Part shown: piece after piece, positions 49,277 to 59,730 of the stretch
Layout: each line of letters begins with the position of its first letter
Position numbering within the stretch: position 1 is the stretch's first letter
Source: an uncultured Acidobacteriota bacterium
GTDB taxonomy: Bacteria; Acidobacteriota; Thermoanaerobaculia; UBA5066; DATFVB01
Length of the DNA: 64,000 nt
Direction: 5' to 3'
NCBI GenBank assembly: GCA_963813155.1
Contig: CAWEYG010000001.1
Location: 832,001 to 896,000, forward strand
Notes under the pieces: generated by a model
What the model saw: only the letters and a program-made list of their open reading frames with translations
What the model was told of the DNA's origin: nothing
Database searches by the model: none
Program-made: the position numbers and the translations under genes

Positions 49277-51953
49277 GCGATGACCGATCCGTCTCGGAGA
49301 CGGGGAGGAGCAGCAGGAATCTCTTTCCGTCCGGCATGACGTCCCAATCACGCGCCTGGGAGCCCGGGTACGCTTCCTCCAGCTGAGCTCGCGACATCGA
49401 GAACAGCGGCGAAGGAATCGAGAGCCGGGGCGTTCCGCCGTTCGCCTCGAACGACACCGACATGAGCTTCGCTTCGGGCGAGACGAAGAAAATTTCCTTT
49501 CCGTTCGGATTCCAGCGGCTCGCGGCGCCACCGTTGACGGAGACTTGCTGCCGCCCCGAGCCGTCTGGAAATCTCTGAACGTAGACCTCGCGGCGGCCCG
49601 ACTCGGCCGACGTCGAGAGCAGCCACCCGCCGTCCGGAGAGAGCGCGAATTCACGCGACTGCTCGGAGCCTCTCAGGTGCTGCGGAGCGGCGGACGACCC
49701 GACGGTGAGCACGTCGAGGCCGGAGTGGTTCGGGTCGTGGTTCTGGAAGAGGATGAACCGCCCGTCGCGGGACCAGTCCTCGCTTTCCTTGTCGTACGGC
49801 GTGCGGGCGACGACCTCGTCGGGCTTCGAGCCGTCGGCGGTTCGAATCGCCAGATCGTAGGGGCCCTCCCGGTCCCAGCCATGAACGAATCGAGAGCCGT
49901 CGGGCGACCAGACGGGACTCCCCTCCTCCTCGACGCCCGAGCCGCTGCGCGCCGCCGTCCCGCGTTCGAGGTCGAGCATCCAGATGTCGTCGTCGCCCCG
50001 CTCCGGGCTTCGCCTCATCAAGAGCGCCCGGCGGCCGTCCGGCGAGATCGAAAGTCGTCGGTCGTATTCCTGCGGCGGCCCCACCTGAGAGAGCTCGCGC
50101 CCGCCGCGGTCGACGAAGACCAGCCGCCGCAGCTTCGGCGGGTCGGACCGGAAAGCCAGGGTCTCGCCCTCGACATGGGTGTTCGGATTCACGATGCTCC
50201 CTTCGATGTACGGGCGCCCCAGAATCGCCGTCGGCTCCCCTCGAAGAGACAAGCTCGCCGCGTCGAACGGCTGCGCGTAGATCGCGCCCGCGATCGTGTA
50301 CAGGAGATACCCCTGCGAGACTCCGACCAGGCCATCCGCGGCGACGATGCGCCTGGCCTTCTTCCCGTCGGGCTTCCCATCGATCGAGGCCGAAGCGATC
50401 CACCCCTGATGGCTTTCCTTGCCGGCCTTCGTTCGAATGAAGAACAGGAAACGCCGGCCGTCGGGGAGGAACATCGGCCAGAGATGGGCGACCTCGCCCG
50501 CGCCCCGGTCGAGCGAGGTGACGGCCGAGGGCGTGCCGCCCGATGCGGGCACCTGAAAGATGTCGCTTCCGTAAAACGACGTGAAAACGAGAACGCCGGA
50601 CGAGCCCCAGGAAAGACCGAACGAATTCTGCGTGGGGCAGACGGGCGCCGCTGTCCCTCCTGCAAGGGCGATCCGCGTCAGTGCGCGGCCGACCGGCAGG
50701 ACGAGGGAGCGCCCGTCGGGTGACCATGCGAGGCTGAGCGCGGCGGTCACGTCGCCGACGCCTTCGAGCTGGCGCGGCTCCACGGAATCGATCGGACGGA
50801 TCCAGAGTCTGTCGATTCCCGAGGCGTCGGCTCCCGCGAACGCCAGGGAACGGCCGTCCGGCGAAAGAGCGGCCGCGCCGATCGCGGTACCCGGCGAGGG
50901 AATTTCGAATCGGATCGAGCCCGACTCGGCGCCCGGGCGTGAGAGAAAGCGGCGCGAAACAAAGGCCGACCCGACCGCCGCAGCGACGATCGCCGCGACC
51001 CAACCGAGCCGCTCGCGGCTTTTGCGCCGCGAGACGACGCGGCTGGCCGCCGCCGGTGAGGCGGCCGAGAATGCCGCCTGCGAGCCCGCCTGCCCGATCC
51101 ACTCGAGCTCGCGTTGAATGTCGCGCGCGCTCTGCCATCGGTCTTCCGGGTCCTTCGCGAGACACGTCCGGATGACCCGCTCCAGCGCCGGAGGCGTCAG
51201 CGGAACGACGGCGGAGATGGGATCCGGCTCCTTCGACATGATCGCGGTGACGAGGGAAGCGCGGCTCTCGCCCGAAAAAGCCTTCTTTCCTGTCGCCATT
51301 TCGTACAGCACGCAGCCGAACGCAAAGATGTCGGTGCGCGAGTCGGCCTCTTTGCCTTCGAGCTGCTCGGGCGCCATGTACTGGAAAGTCCCCATGACGG
51401 TCCCCTTCTCCGTCAGCGGCCGGGAGGGAGCTGCCTGCGTCGGAAGCGAGGACACATCGGCAAGCGGCTCGGTGGCCGCCGCGATTTTCGCGAGGCCGAA
51501 ATCGAGCAACTTGACGCCTGACTTCGTCAGCATGACGTTGCCGGGCTTCAGATCCCGGTGGACGATTCCCGCTCGGTGCGCGCGGTCGAGCGCTCCGGCG
51601 ATCTCGATGCCGAACTTGACGACCTGGTCGGGCGGGAGGGGGCCTCTGTCCAGCCGGTCGGCGAGAGACTGCCCTTCGAGCAATTCCATGACGAGAAAAT
51701 CGACGCCGCCCTCCGAGCCGACGTCGTGGAGCGTGCAGATGTGCGGATGCGTCAACTGCGAGATCGCTTTCGCTTCGCGCTCGAAGCGGTGGCGCAGCTC
51801 CGGGCTCGCCGAGAGGTGCGAAGGAAGCACCTTGATCGCGACGTCGCGCCCGAGCCGCGTGTCCTTCGCCCGGTAGACTTCTCCCATTCCCCCCGCGCCG
51901 AGCGGCGAAAGGACTTCATAGGGCCCCAGCCGCGTTCCCGCCTCCAGCGTCAT
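49236..51953 (-). CDS. STK8: Ser/Thr kinase + TM + PD40 propeller (type A)
   Basis: ATG start [12 protein letters not shown] overlapping the STK9 stop (ATGA); second half of the 1777 aa ORF. Confidence 0.9.
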   Translation of the reverse strand: MTLEAGTRLGPYEVLSPLGAGGMGEVYRAKDTRLGRDVAIKVLPSHLSASPELRHRFEREAKAISQLTHPHICTLHDVGSEGGVDFLVMELLEGQSLADRLDRGPLPPDQVVKFGIEIAGALDRAHRAGIVHRDLKPGNVMLTKSGVKLLDFGLAKIAAATEPLADVSSLPTQAAPSRPLTEKGTVMGTFQYMAPEQLEGKEADSRTDIFAFGCVLYEMATGKKAFSGESRASLVTAIMSKEPDPISAVVPLTPPALERVIRTCLAKDPEDRWQSARDIQRELEWIGQAGSQAAFSAASPAAASRVVSRRKSRERLGWVAAIVAAAVGSAFVSRRFLSRPGAESGSIRFEIPSPGTAIGAAALSPDGRSLAFAGADASGIDRLWIRPIDSVEPRQLEGVGDVTAALSLAWSPDGRSLVLPVGRALTRIALAGGTAAPVCPTQNSFGLSWGSSGVLVFTSFYGSDIFQVPASGGTPSAVTSLDRGAGEVAHLWPMFLPDGRRFLFFIRTKAGKESHQGWIASASIDGKPDGKKARRIVAADGLVGVSQGYLLYTIAGAIYAQPFDAASLSLRGEPTAILGRPYIEGSIVNPNTHVEGETLAFRSDPPKLRRLVFVDRGGRELSQVGPPQEYDRRLSISPDGRRALLMRRSPERGDDDIWMLDLERGTAARSGSGVEEEGSPVWSPDGSRFVHGWDREGPYDLAIRTADGSKPDEVVARTPYDKESEDWSRDGRFILFQNHDPNHSGLDVLTVGSSAAPQHLRGSEQSREFALSPDGGWLLSTSAESGRREVYVQRFPDGSGRQQVSVNGGAASRWNPNGKEIFFVSPEAKLMSVSFEANGGTPRLSIPSPLFSMSRAQLEEAYPGSQARDWDVMPDGKRFLLLLPVSETDRSSLTVVLNWTAQLEH

Positions 51954-54566
51954 CGCACTCCCTTGACGAGATAGAGCGTCGAGAGCGCGCGGTCGAAGTC
52001 GTACGCGTAGGAACGGCCGTCGCGCGCGACCACGACCCCGTAGCCACCCTCGACGCCGGCGGGATCGGACAGGGGAAAGCTCCTTCCAGAGCTCGCGGCG
52101 GCCCGACTCGACGTCGATGCGGTACACGGGAATCGGGAGCTGGTTTCGGCGGTAGACGAAAATGGAACGCCCGTCTCCGCTCCAGCCGGAGATCACATCG
52201 TGCTGCTCGGCCCCCGCCAGGTCCTTCGGCGGACCGCCGTCGATGGGAAAGATCTGGAACGACATGCTGCCCGGGTCGCCGTGAATCGCGAAGAAGCGAG
52301 AGCCGTCCGGCGAGATCGGCCGGTTGCCAAAGAACCCGTCGTAGCCCGGCGGCGTCACGGGCCGGAGCTTCGGCGCGTCGATCTCGGCGACGAAGAATCG
52401 CGGCAGCTCGCCGGCGCGCTTGCCGAGAATCAGCATGCGCTTGCCGTCCGGGAGCAGCCAGGCGCTCCGGAGCATCTCGAGCTCCGGAATCTCGATCATC
52501 CGCGGGCTTCCCGCGCCCGTCGGCGTGAGCACGATCCGGTTCCGCCGGACGGTTGCCGCGCGGATGGACTCCCCCGAGGGGCTGCCAATGACGAAACGGC
52601 CGTCGGAAGAAAACATCGTCGCGAAGCCTTCGCCGAGTTTCACGGCGGGCGAGCCATCGGTCGGGCGAACGTAGATCGACCCCGCCGCAGCGGCGCCCCC
52701 GCCGAACTGGTCGAGGAGGATCGTCCGGCCGTCCGGCGAAAGGTCGGAGGCGTAAGAGGCCGAGAGCCAGCCGATCGGGCGCTCTGCGGCGTCTTTTTCT
52801 CCCCGGAAGAGGACGTTGCTCGTGAATTCGACCGCTTCGAGCAGAAGCGTGCCGTCTGCCGACCGGTCGTGGATCCGGAATGTTCCGGCGAGCCGAAGCA
52901 CAGCCCGGTCCCGCCCCCTCGTCGAGACTGCATGGATCGTCGAGCTCTGGTCGCCGTCGACTTCGGAATACCAGATCTCATCTCCCCTTTTCGACCACGC
53001 GATCCCCGAGTCGCTCGCGAGGGGCGCGAGGACCTTCTTCCCGGCATGGAGATCGACGACGCAAAGCGCGTTGCTCACGATGCTCGCTCCGGAGCTCGAA
53101 GCCTCGATGAACGCGAGACGTCGGCCGTCCGGCGAGACGCGCAGCCGCCAGATGTGCGTGTTTCCCTTGTAGACGACGTTTCCCTGGGGAAGCTCGATCT
53201 GCGAGCCGAGGTCCGGCGTGTCGCGGACGACGGCGAGGCGCCCGTCGGCCGTCCAGTCCGCGTCGATGACGTTGTCCGCGATCTCCCTCGGGGCGCCTCC
53301 GGAAATTGGCGACCGGGCGAGCGTGCCCGAGAGACTTCCGTTCCACATCCGCGGGCGCAGCTGCAGCGCGAGCTCGCCGCCGTTCGAAACCGAGACGAGC
53401 GACGCGCCCTTCTGGCCCAGGCTCGTCGATTCCGACTGTCCGGGTTCCGACGAGTACACGTCTGCCGGCTCCCCTTCCCAGAGGGCGCCGTAGTACACCG
53501 CGCGCCCGTCCGCCGAGAACCGAGCTGTTCGCACCGTTCCGCGGCGCCAGGTCAACCGCTCGAAGCGCGGAAGGTCTGCTTTTCCGCCGCGGCCCGCAAG
53601 GAACGCGACAGTCGCAACGACGGCGGCGCCGGCAACAGCGACAGCAGCCGCGATCGTCCTTCGACGTCTCCCCGCAGCCGGGCTCGCTCCAGCCGGCGCG
53701 ACTCCGGACGTCTGAGAGAGACCGGAAACCGCCTGAAGCGCGAACGCGAGGTCGCGGGCCGACTCGAAGCGCTCTCCCGGGCTCTTCTCGAGGCAGTGCG
53801 CGACGACGCTTTGGAGAGCAGACGGAAGCTCCGGCCGGGAGGTCGTGAGATCCGGGGGGTCCGCCTTCAGGATCGCGCTCATCGTCTCGACGGCCGAGTC
53901 TCCGGAGAACGCCCTCTTTCCGGAGAGCATCTCGTAGAGAATCGCGCCGAAGGAAAAAATGTCGGACCGCGGATCGACCGCTGCTCCCCGGACCTGCTCC
54001 GGCGACATGTAGCCGACGGTCCCCATCACCGCGCCCGGCTCGGTCTGGGCCGCCATCGTGGGAGCGGAAGTCTCCGCCTTCTCCGGCCGTTCGACCTTCG
54101 CCAGCCCGAAGTCGAGGATCTTCACGTGCCCATCCGCGAGGACGAAGACGTTCTCGGGCTTGAGATCCCGGTGAACGATGCCTTTCGCGTGGGCGGCGGC
54201 GAGGCCTCGAGCGATCTGCAGCGCGACTTCGATCGCCTTCCGGGGAGCGAACGCTCCATTTTCCAACCGCTGCCGAAGCGTCGCGCCCTCGAGCAGCTCC
54301 ATCGCGGCGTACACGACCCCGTTCTCGCTTCCGAAATCATGAATCGCCAGGATGTTCGGATGCGACAGCGCGGCGACCGCCTTTGCTTCGCGCTCGAAAC
54401 GCGCGAGCGCTTCGGAGTTGCCGGCGAGCGATTCGGGAAGGACCTTGACCGCGACGTCCCTCCCGAGCCGCGTGTCGCGCGCTTTGTACACCTCGCCCAT
54501 TCCGCCCGCGCCGAGAGGCGAAAGGATCTCGTACGGCCCGAGGCGGGCGCCGGAAGCCAGACTCAA
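51950..54566 (-). CDS. STK9: Ser/Thr kinase + TM + propeller (type B); frameshift ~52072
   Basis: Removing one base restores SDPAGVEGG..SYAYDFDRALSTLYLVKGVR*, which matches the ends of STK6 and STK11. Confidence 0.88.
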
Positions 54567-54612
54567 CAACTCTCCTTGATGATTCGGGGATTCTAACGCG
54601 CCGGGTGCCGGG

Positions 54613-57051
54613 TCAGTAGTCGAAGTGCAGCTGCTTCAAGAGCGCCACGAAACGCGGTTCGGAGCGAAGCGGATCGAAGATCCTGTCTTGCTTGAGGTAG
54701 ATCATCCACTGCGAATCCGCCGCATGGGCGCTTTCGAGGTACTCCAGGGCTCGCGCTCGATCGCCGAGCCCGAGATAGACGATCGCGAGGTTGAACGGAG
54801 GGACGTAACCGTGCAACGACTTCTTCTTCAGCTCCTCGATCGCCGCCATCGCGTGCGCCCGGTCACCCGAAGCCCCGTACGCATACCCGAGCCACGCGGT
54901 CACGAAGGGGGGCGACTCCATCGCCCGGGCTTTCTCGAATTCCGGAATGGCGTCGGCGACCTTCCCCTCCTGGATGTCGACCCATCCGAGAGACCATTGA
55001 GTGAAGAAGAAGGTCGGGTCGAGAGCCCCGGCCCTCCGGGCCTCATCCCTTGCCACCTGGAACTTGCGCTGGCCGGCCAGGGCGATGACCGCGTCGTTGG
55101 GAATTTGCGGGGAAAGGGGGTCGAGCTCCGCCGCCCGCCGGGACTCGGCGACCGCCTCCCCGAGCCGCCGCCCCTGGAAACCCAGACTCAGACCGAACTG
55201 ATCGTGAGCAAACGCATAACTCGGATTGAGCGCGAACGCGCGCCGGAACTCGCTCTCGGAGCCCGTCCAGTCGAAGTCATACCAGACCTTGTACACCGCG
55301 AGAGAGGTGTGGGCTTCGGCGGAATCCGGGTCGAGCTGGATTGCTCTCTCGGCCGCGGCCTTTGCCTTCGGCTTCGTCTCCGAGGAGGTCAGCACTCCTT
55401 CGTTGAAAGCGGCCCAGAGGTAGGCGTCCGACAGGCCCGAGTATGCGGGCGCGAGGTCCGGGCTCAGTCGGACCGCCTCCTCGAACAGCGCGATCGCCTT
55501 CGACAGGTTTTCGTCGCTCGGCCGGTTGAAGAAGTAGCGGCCCTTCAAATAGGCGTCGTGCGCCTCGGGGTTGACCGTCGGGGCCGCGGCCAGCCGGGAG
55601 CGCTCGTTCGGCGTGAGCTGCACGTGGATCTCGCCGGCGATCGCGGAAGCCAGCTCGTCCTGGAGCGCGAGCACATCGCGGGAGTTGCGCTCGAAGCTCT
55701 TGGCCCAGAGCTGCCTGTCGGCCCGGGCATCGACGAGCTCGGCCGTGATCCGCACCCTGTCGCCCGCCCGCAGCACCGACCCCTCCACCACCGCGTCGAC
55801 GTCGAGTCTCTTCGCGATCTCCGGCGCCGGCGGCCGCTGCCGCCCCTTGAACTGCATCGCCGATCCGCGTGAGATGACCCGAAGCTGGCTGATCGTCGCG
55901 AGGTCGGCCGTCAACTCGTCGGTCATCCCTTCGGCGAAGTAGTCCTGGCTGGGATCGCCCGAATAATTATCGAGAGGAAGCACGGCAATCGATCGAATGG
56001 AGACGGAGCGGGAGCCGAGGCCGGAGCGCCGGGCGAGATACCACACCAGCGACACGGCAAGAGCGGCGGCGAGTCCCATGCCGGCGATTCGCAAAGCCTT
56101 GCGCCGCGGCTCGAGAGCAGTCGAGCTCTTCGCCGAAACCGGGACGGCCATCGGCCGGCTCCCGATCCCGCCGGAGCTCGCCTGCGCCAAATTGAAGGCC
56201 AGGTCCCGGGCGGTCTGGAATCGGTCTTCGGGCATTTTCTCCAGGCAGTGCCGAACGAGCTCCTCGAGCGCTTGCGGGACGTTCGTCCCGACGGAAAGCT
56301 CCGGCGGCTCGTCCCGCATAATCGCCGCCATCGTGTCGCTCGCGGTGTCCCTCTTGAACGCCCGGGTGCCCGAGAGCATTTCGTAGAGAATCGTTCCGAA
56401 CGAAAAGATGTCCGAGCGGTGATCGACTTCGCGCCCCCTCACCTGCTCGGGCGACATGTAGCCGACGGTTCCCATCACCGTGCCGGGCTTCGTGTCGAGC
56501 GCGCGATCCGCGCGAGCAAATCGATCGACCGACTGGGTCGGCGCGCTCGTTTCTTCGCCGACCCGACTCTTCTCCGTCCTCTTGGCCAGGCCGAAGTCGA
56601 GGATCTTCACGTGCCCGCCACTCGAAATGAAGAGGTTCTCGGGCTTCAAGTCCCGGTGGACGATCCCCTTCTCGTGAGCCGCCGAAAGGCCGCGGGCGAC
56701 TTGCATTCCGAAATCGGCGACCTGCTTCGCAGGGATCGGACCGCGGTCGAGCCTGTCGCGGAGCGTCTCCCCCTCGAGAAGTTCCATGACCGCGTAGGCC
56801 ACGCCTTCGTGGTATCCGTAGTCGTGAATGGCCAGGATGTTCGGGTGAGAAAGCGCCGCGACGGCCTTGGCCTCGCGCTCGAACCGGGAGAGCATGTCGG
56901 GGTTGGCGGCAACGGATTCGGGCAGCACCTTGATGGCGACGTCGCGGTCGAGCTTCGTGTCGCGAGCCCGGTACACCTCCCCCATTCCGCCCGCTCCAAG
57001 CGGCGACAGGATTTCATACGGTCCCAGCTTCGTACCCGCCGCGAGGGTCAA
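54613..57051 (-). CDS. STK10: Ser/Thr kinase + TM + TolB-N-like + TPR
   Basis: TTG start (LTLAAGTKLGPY); SIAVLPLDNYSGD..YFAEGMTDE; TPRs. Confidence 0.92.
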   Translation of the reverse strand: MTLAAGTKLGPYEILSPLGAGGMGEVYRARDTKLDRDVAIKVLPESVAANPDMLSRFEREAKAVAALSHPNILAIHDYGYHEGVAYAVMELLEGETLRDRLDRGPIPAKQVADFGMQVARGLSAAHEKGIVHRDLKPENLFISSGGHVKILDFGLAKRTEKSRVGEETSAPTQSVDRFARADRALDTKPGTVMGTVGYMSPEQVRGREVDHRSDIFSFGTILYEMLSGTRAFKRDTASDTMAAIMRDEPPELSVGTNVPQALEELVRHCLEKMPEDRFQTARDLAFNLAQASSGGIGSRPMAVPVSAKSSTALEPRRKALRIAGMGLAAALAVSLVWYLARRSGLGSRSVSIRSIAVLPLDNYSGDPSQDYFAEGMTDELTADLATISQLRVISRGSAMQFKGRQRPPAPEIAKRLDVDAVVEGSVLRAGDRVRITAELVDARADRQLWAKSFERNSRDVLALQDELASAIAGEIHVQLTPNERSRLAAAPTVNPEAHDAYLKGRYFFNRPSDENLSKAIALFEEAVRLSPDLAPAYSGLSDAYLWAAFNEGVLTSSETKPKAKAAAERAIQLDPDSAEAHTSLAVYKVWYDFDWTGSESEFRRAFALNPSYAFAHDQFGLSLGFQGRRLGEAVAESRRAAELDPLSPQIPNDAVIALAGQRKFQVARDEARRAGALDPTFFFTQWSLGWVDIQEGKVADAIPEFEKARAMESPPFVTAWLGYAYGASGDRAHAMAAIEELKKKSLHGYVPPFNLAIVYLGLGDRARALEYLESAHAADSQWMIYLKQDRIFDPLRSEPRFVALLKQLHFDY

Positions 57052-57074
57052 AGGAGAGTCCTCAGGCTCATCGG

Positions 57075-59638
57075 CTAGCGCAAGCCGTCGACGGTGAACA
57101 GGTAGGCGCCCTGATGCAGCGCCGTGTAGGCGTACGATTTTTCGTCCGCGGAGAGCAGGACGTTCGACACGACAGCCACTCCCGCGGCGTCCGCCGGCCC
57201 CACTTCCCGAAGGAGCGTGCGCTTTCCGGTCGCGATGTCCACCCGCTCGACGCGCGTCGGGACGAGCGTCGTGCGGCTGACGATCAGAGATCTTCCGTCG
57301 GCCGACCATCCGGAGACGTTGTCGTCCGGGGTCAGGCCCGGCACAGCCCGGACCGGGCCTCCGCCGACCGGATAGATCCGGTGGTTGCCGGAACCAAACG
57401 CGACGACGGAGCGCTCGTCGGGCGAGATCTTGCCGTCCCACGTTCCCTCGGGCGTGACCGGCCCCGGATTACCGCCTTTCGTCTCCGCGACGTAACAGCG
57501 CCGGCCTTCCCCGGATCGCACACCGCAGAGGAGGATCCGCTCGTCGCCGTGAAAGAACTGGCCCGTCTCGTACGATTCAAAGCCCTTGAACGAGATGTTC
57601 CGGGCCTCGCCCGCGCCCGTCGGATAGATCATGAGACGCGGCGGGTTGGTGAAAACGGCGGCGAGAACCGACTTTCCGTCGGAAGACAAATCCAGGGGGT
57701 TGCCTTCCCCGAGGCGAACCGACGTCGAGGCGTCCATCTTGCGAAGATAAGTCGAGTAATAAGGACCGGCGGCCGCCGTATCGTCGGACAAGAGAACGGT
57801 CTTGCCGTCGCGCGAGACCCCGCCGACGGTCGAATAGTCGTAGACAGGGAGAAATCGCGCTCGGGGCTTCCGACGACGCCGGCGATCGCGGAGGCGCGCG
57901 TCGTGCCCGCGGAGACGAGGATCCGGCCGTCCGGCGCGGCATCGAAGATCGTGAGGCTCTCCGAGTTCACGAGAACGGTCCGCAGGCGGCCCCCGCGGCT
58001 CGAGCGCGCGAACCTTGAGGTCCGTGCCCTCGTTGCCGGCCGAGGAGAACAGCACCTGCTTTCCGTCCGGCGACCAGGCGAGGCCTTCTTCGCCGGAGTA
58101 GTCGGGCGATTTCGCGACGAGGCGACCCGAGCGGTCGATGATCTCCACGTCCCCGCGATCGTCGGCGTCCACCGGATGGCGCATGAAGGCCAGGCGGCTT
58201 CCGTCGGGCGAGACGCGCACGTCGCTGAAGTATCCGCTGCTCGTGGCGAGGATCTTCGACGCGGGATACTCGAGCCGGTCCTTCCCGTCGACACGGCGGA
58301 CGATCGCGAGCTCCGATCCGTCCGGCGACCAGTCGGCGTCATGAACGTCCTTCAGGAGCTCCCGCGGCGAGGCCTCCCCGATCGGCATTCGGGAAAGTGT
58401 TCCGAGATAGATGCGCTGGTAGAGAAATTGCGCCTGCGTTAGAACCGCCAGCTCTCCCTTCGAAGACACGGCGAGGAGCCGGGTGTCGGGAAGTGAGAGC
58501 GACCGTGCCTGTGCGGACTGGGCATCCTTGATGAACAACTCGTTTCGGTTCCCCGTCGGTGCGGCGGAAAAAATAACGGTCTTGCCGTCCGGGGCGAAGC
58601 GGGCGTTCGTCACGAACTGGGGACGAAACGTCAGGCGGGTGAACGACAGGACCGCCGGCGCCGACCCTTTCCGTCCCGCGAAGTAGGCGGCGGCGAGTAG
58701 GAGTGCGACGGCGACGACGGCGGCGGCAAGCGATCGCGCCCGGCCGGACGACCCGCCGTCGAGAGTTTGCCGACGGAGCTGCCGCTCGTCGAGCCGGAGA
58801 GCGCCTCGAGGTCGAACGCGACGTCTCCGGCCGAGTGGAACCGGGACTCCGGGTTCTTCTCGAGACAGTGCCGGACGATCCGGTCGAGCGCCGGCGAAAT
58901 TTTCCGGGCCGTTTCTTCGGTCTCCGGCGGCTCGTCTTTGAGGATGGAATTCATCGTCTCGACGGCGGAATCCTTCTTGAATGCGCGCGTGCCGGTCAGC
59001 ATTTCGAAGAGGATCGCGCCAAAGGAAAAGATGTCCGTTCGCTGGTCGGCGTTTCGCCCGCGCACCTGCTCCGGCGACATGTACCCGACCGTCCCCATGA
59101 CCGTTCCCGGCTCCGTGCCGGCGGGCGTCGTTGGCGCGTTCGTCGCGGCCGATTCGGAGGAGAAGACCTTTGCGAGGCCGAAGTCGAGGATCTTGACGCG
59201 GCCGTCGAGCGTCAGGAAGAGATTCTCCGGCTTCAAGTCCCGGTGAATCACGCCCTTCTCATGGGCCGCTGCCAGTCCTTTCGCGATCTGGATCGCGATC
59301 TCGACGGCCTTGCGCTGGGGCAGCGCGCCGTTTTCGAGCCGGGCGCGGAGATCTTCCCCTTCGAGCAGCTCCATGACGGCGTACGCGACGCCGCCCTCCT
59401 TCCCAAAGTCGTAGATGCCGAGGATGTTCGGGTGGTTCAGGGCCGCGACCGCCCGCGCTTCTCTCTCGAATCGCGCGAGCACTTCCGGGTGCTGCGCGAC
59501 GGCCTCGGGGAGGACCTTGACGGCCACATCGCGGCCCAGCTTCGTGTCGCGCGCCCGGTACACTTCTCCCATTCCGCCCGCACCGAGAGGCGAGAGGATT
59601 TCGTAGGGACCGAGGCGGGTGCCCGCCGACAGGCTCAA
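57075..59638 (-). CDS. STK11: Ser/Thr kinase + TM + propeller (type B); frameshifts ~58760, ~57995, ~57850
   Basis: Joins ORFs 58631-59638, 57075-58613 and part of 57629-58342. Confidence 0.88.
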
Positions 59639-59730
59639 AGTTTCTCCAGTGGGCGCGATTCTATCTCTGTCGAACGCGAGCGGCTCCTCTCCGGCAGTAT
59701 GATCGGCCCCAGATTCCGCAAGGAGAAGCC

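Noticed and set aside
49236-54569. 1777 aa double-kinase fusion protein
   Set aside because: One extra base near 52072 bypasses the STK9 stop. The shifted frame gives the same C-terminus as STK6 and STK11 and a normal ATGA overlap with STK8. Most likely a sequencing indel; read inspection would settle it.
19642-59638. Diversity-generating retroelement, shufflon or CRISPR explanation for kinase variability
   Set aside because: No reverse transcriptase, recombinase, cas gene, TR/VR pair or regularly spaced repeat-spacer array was seen.
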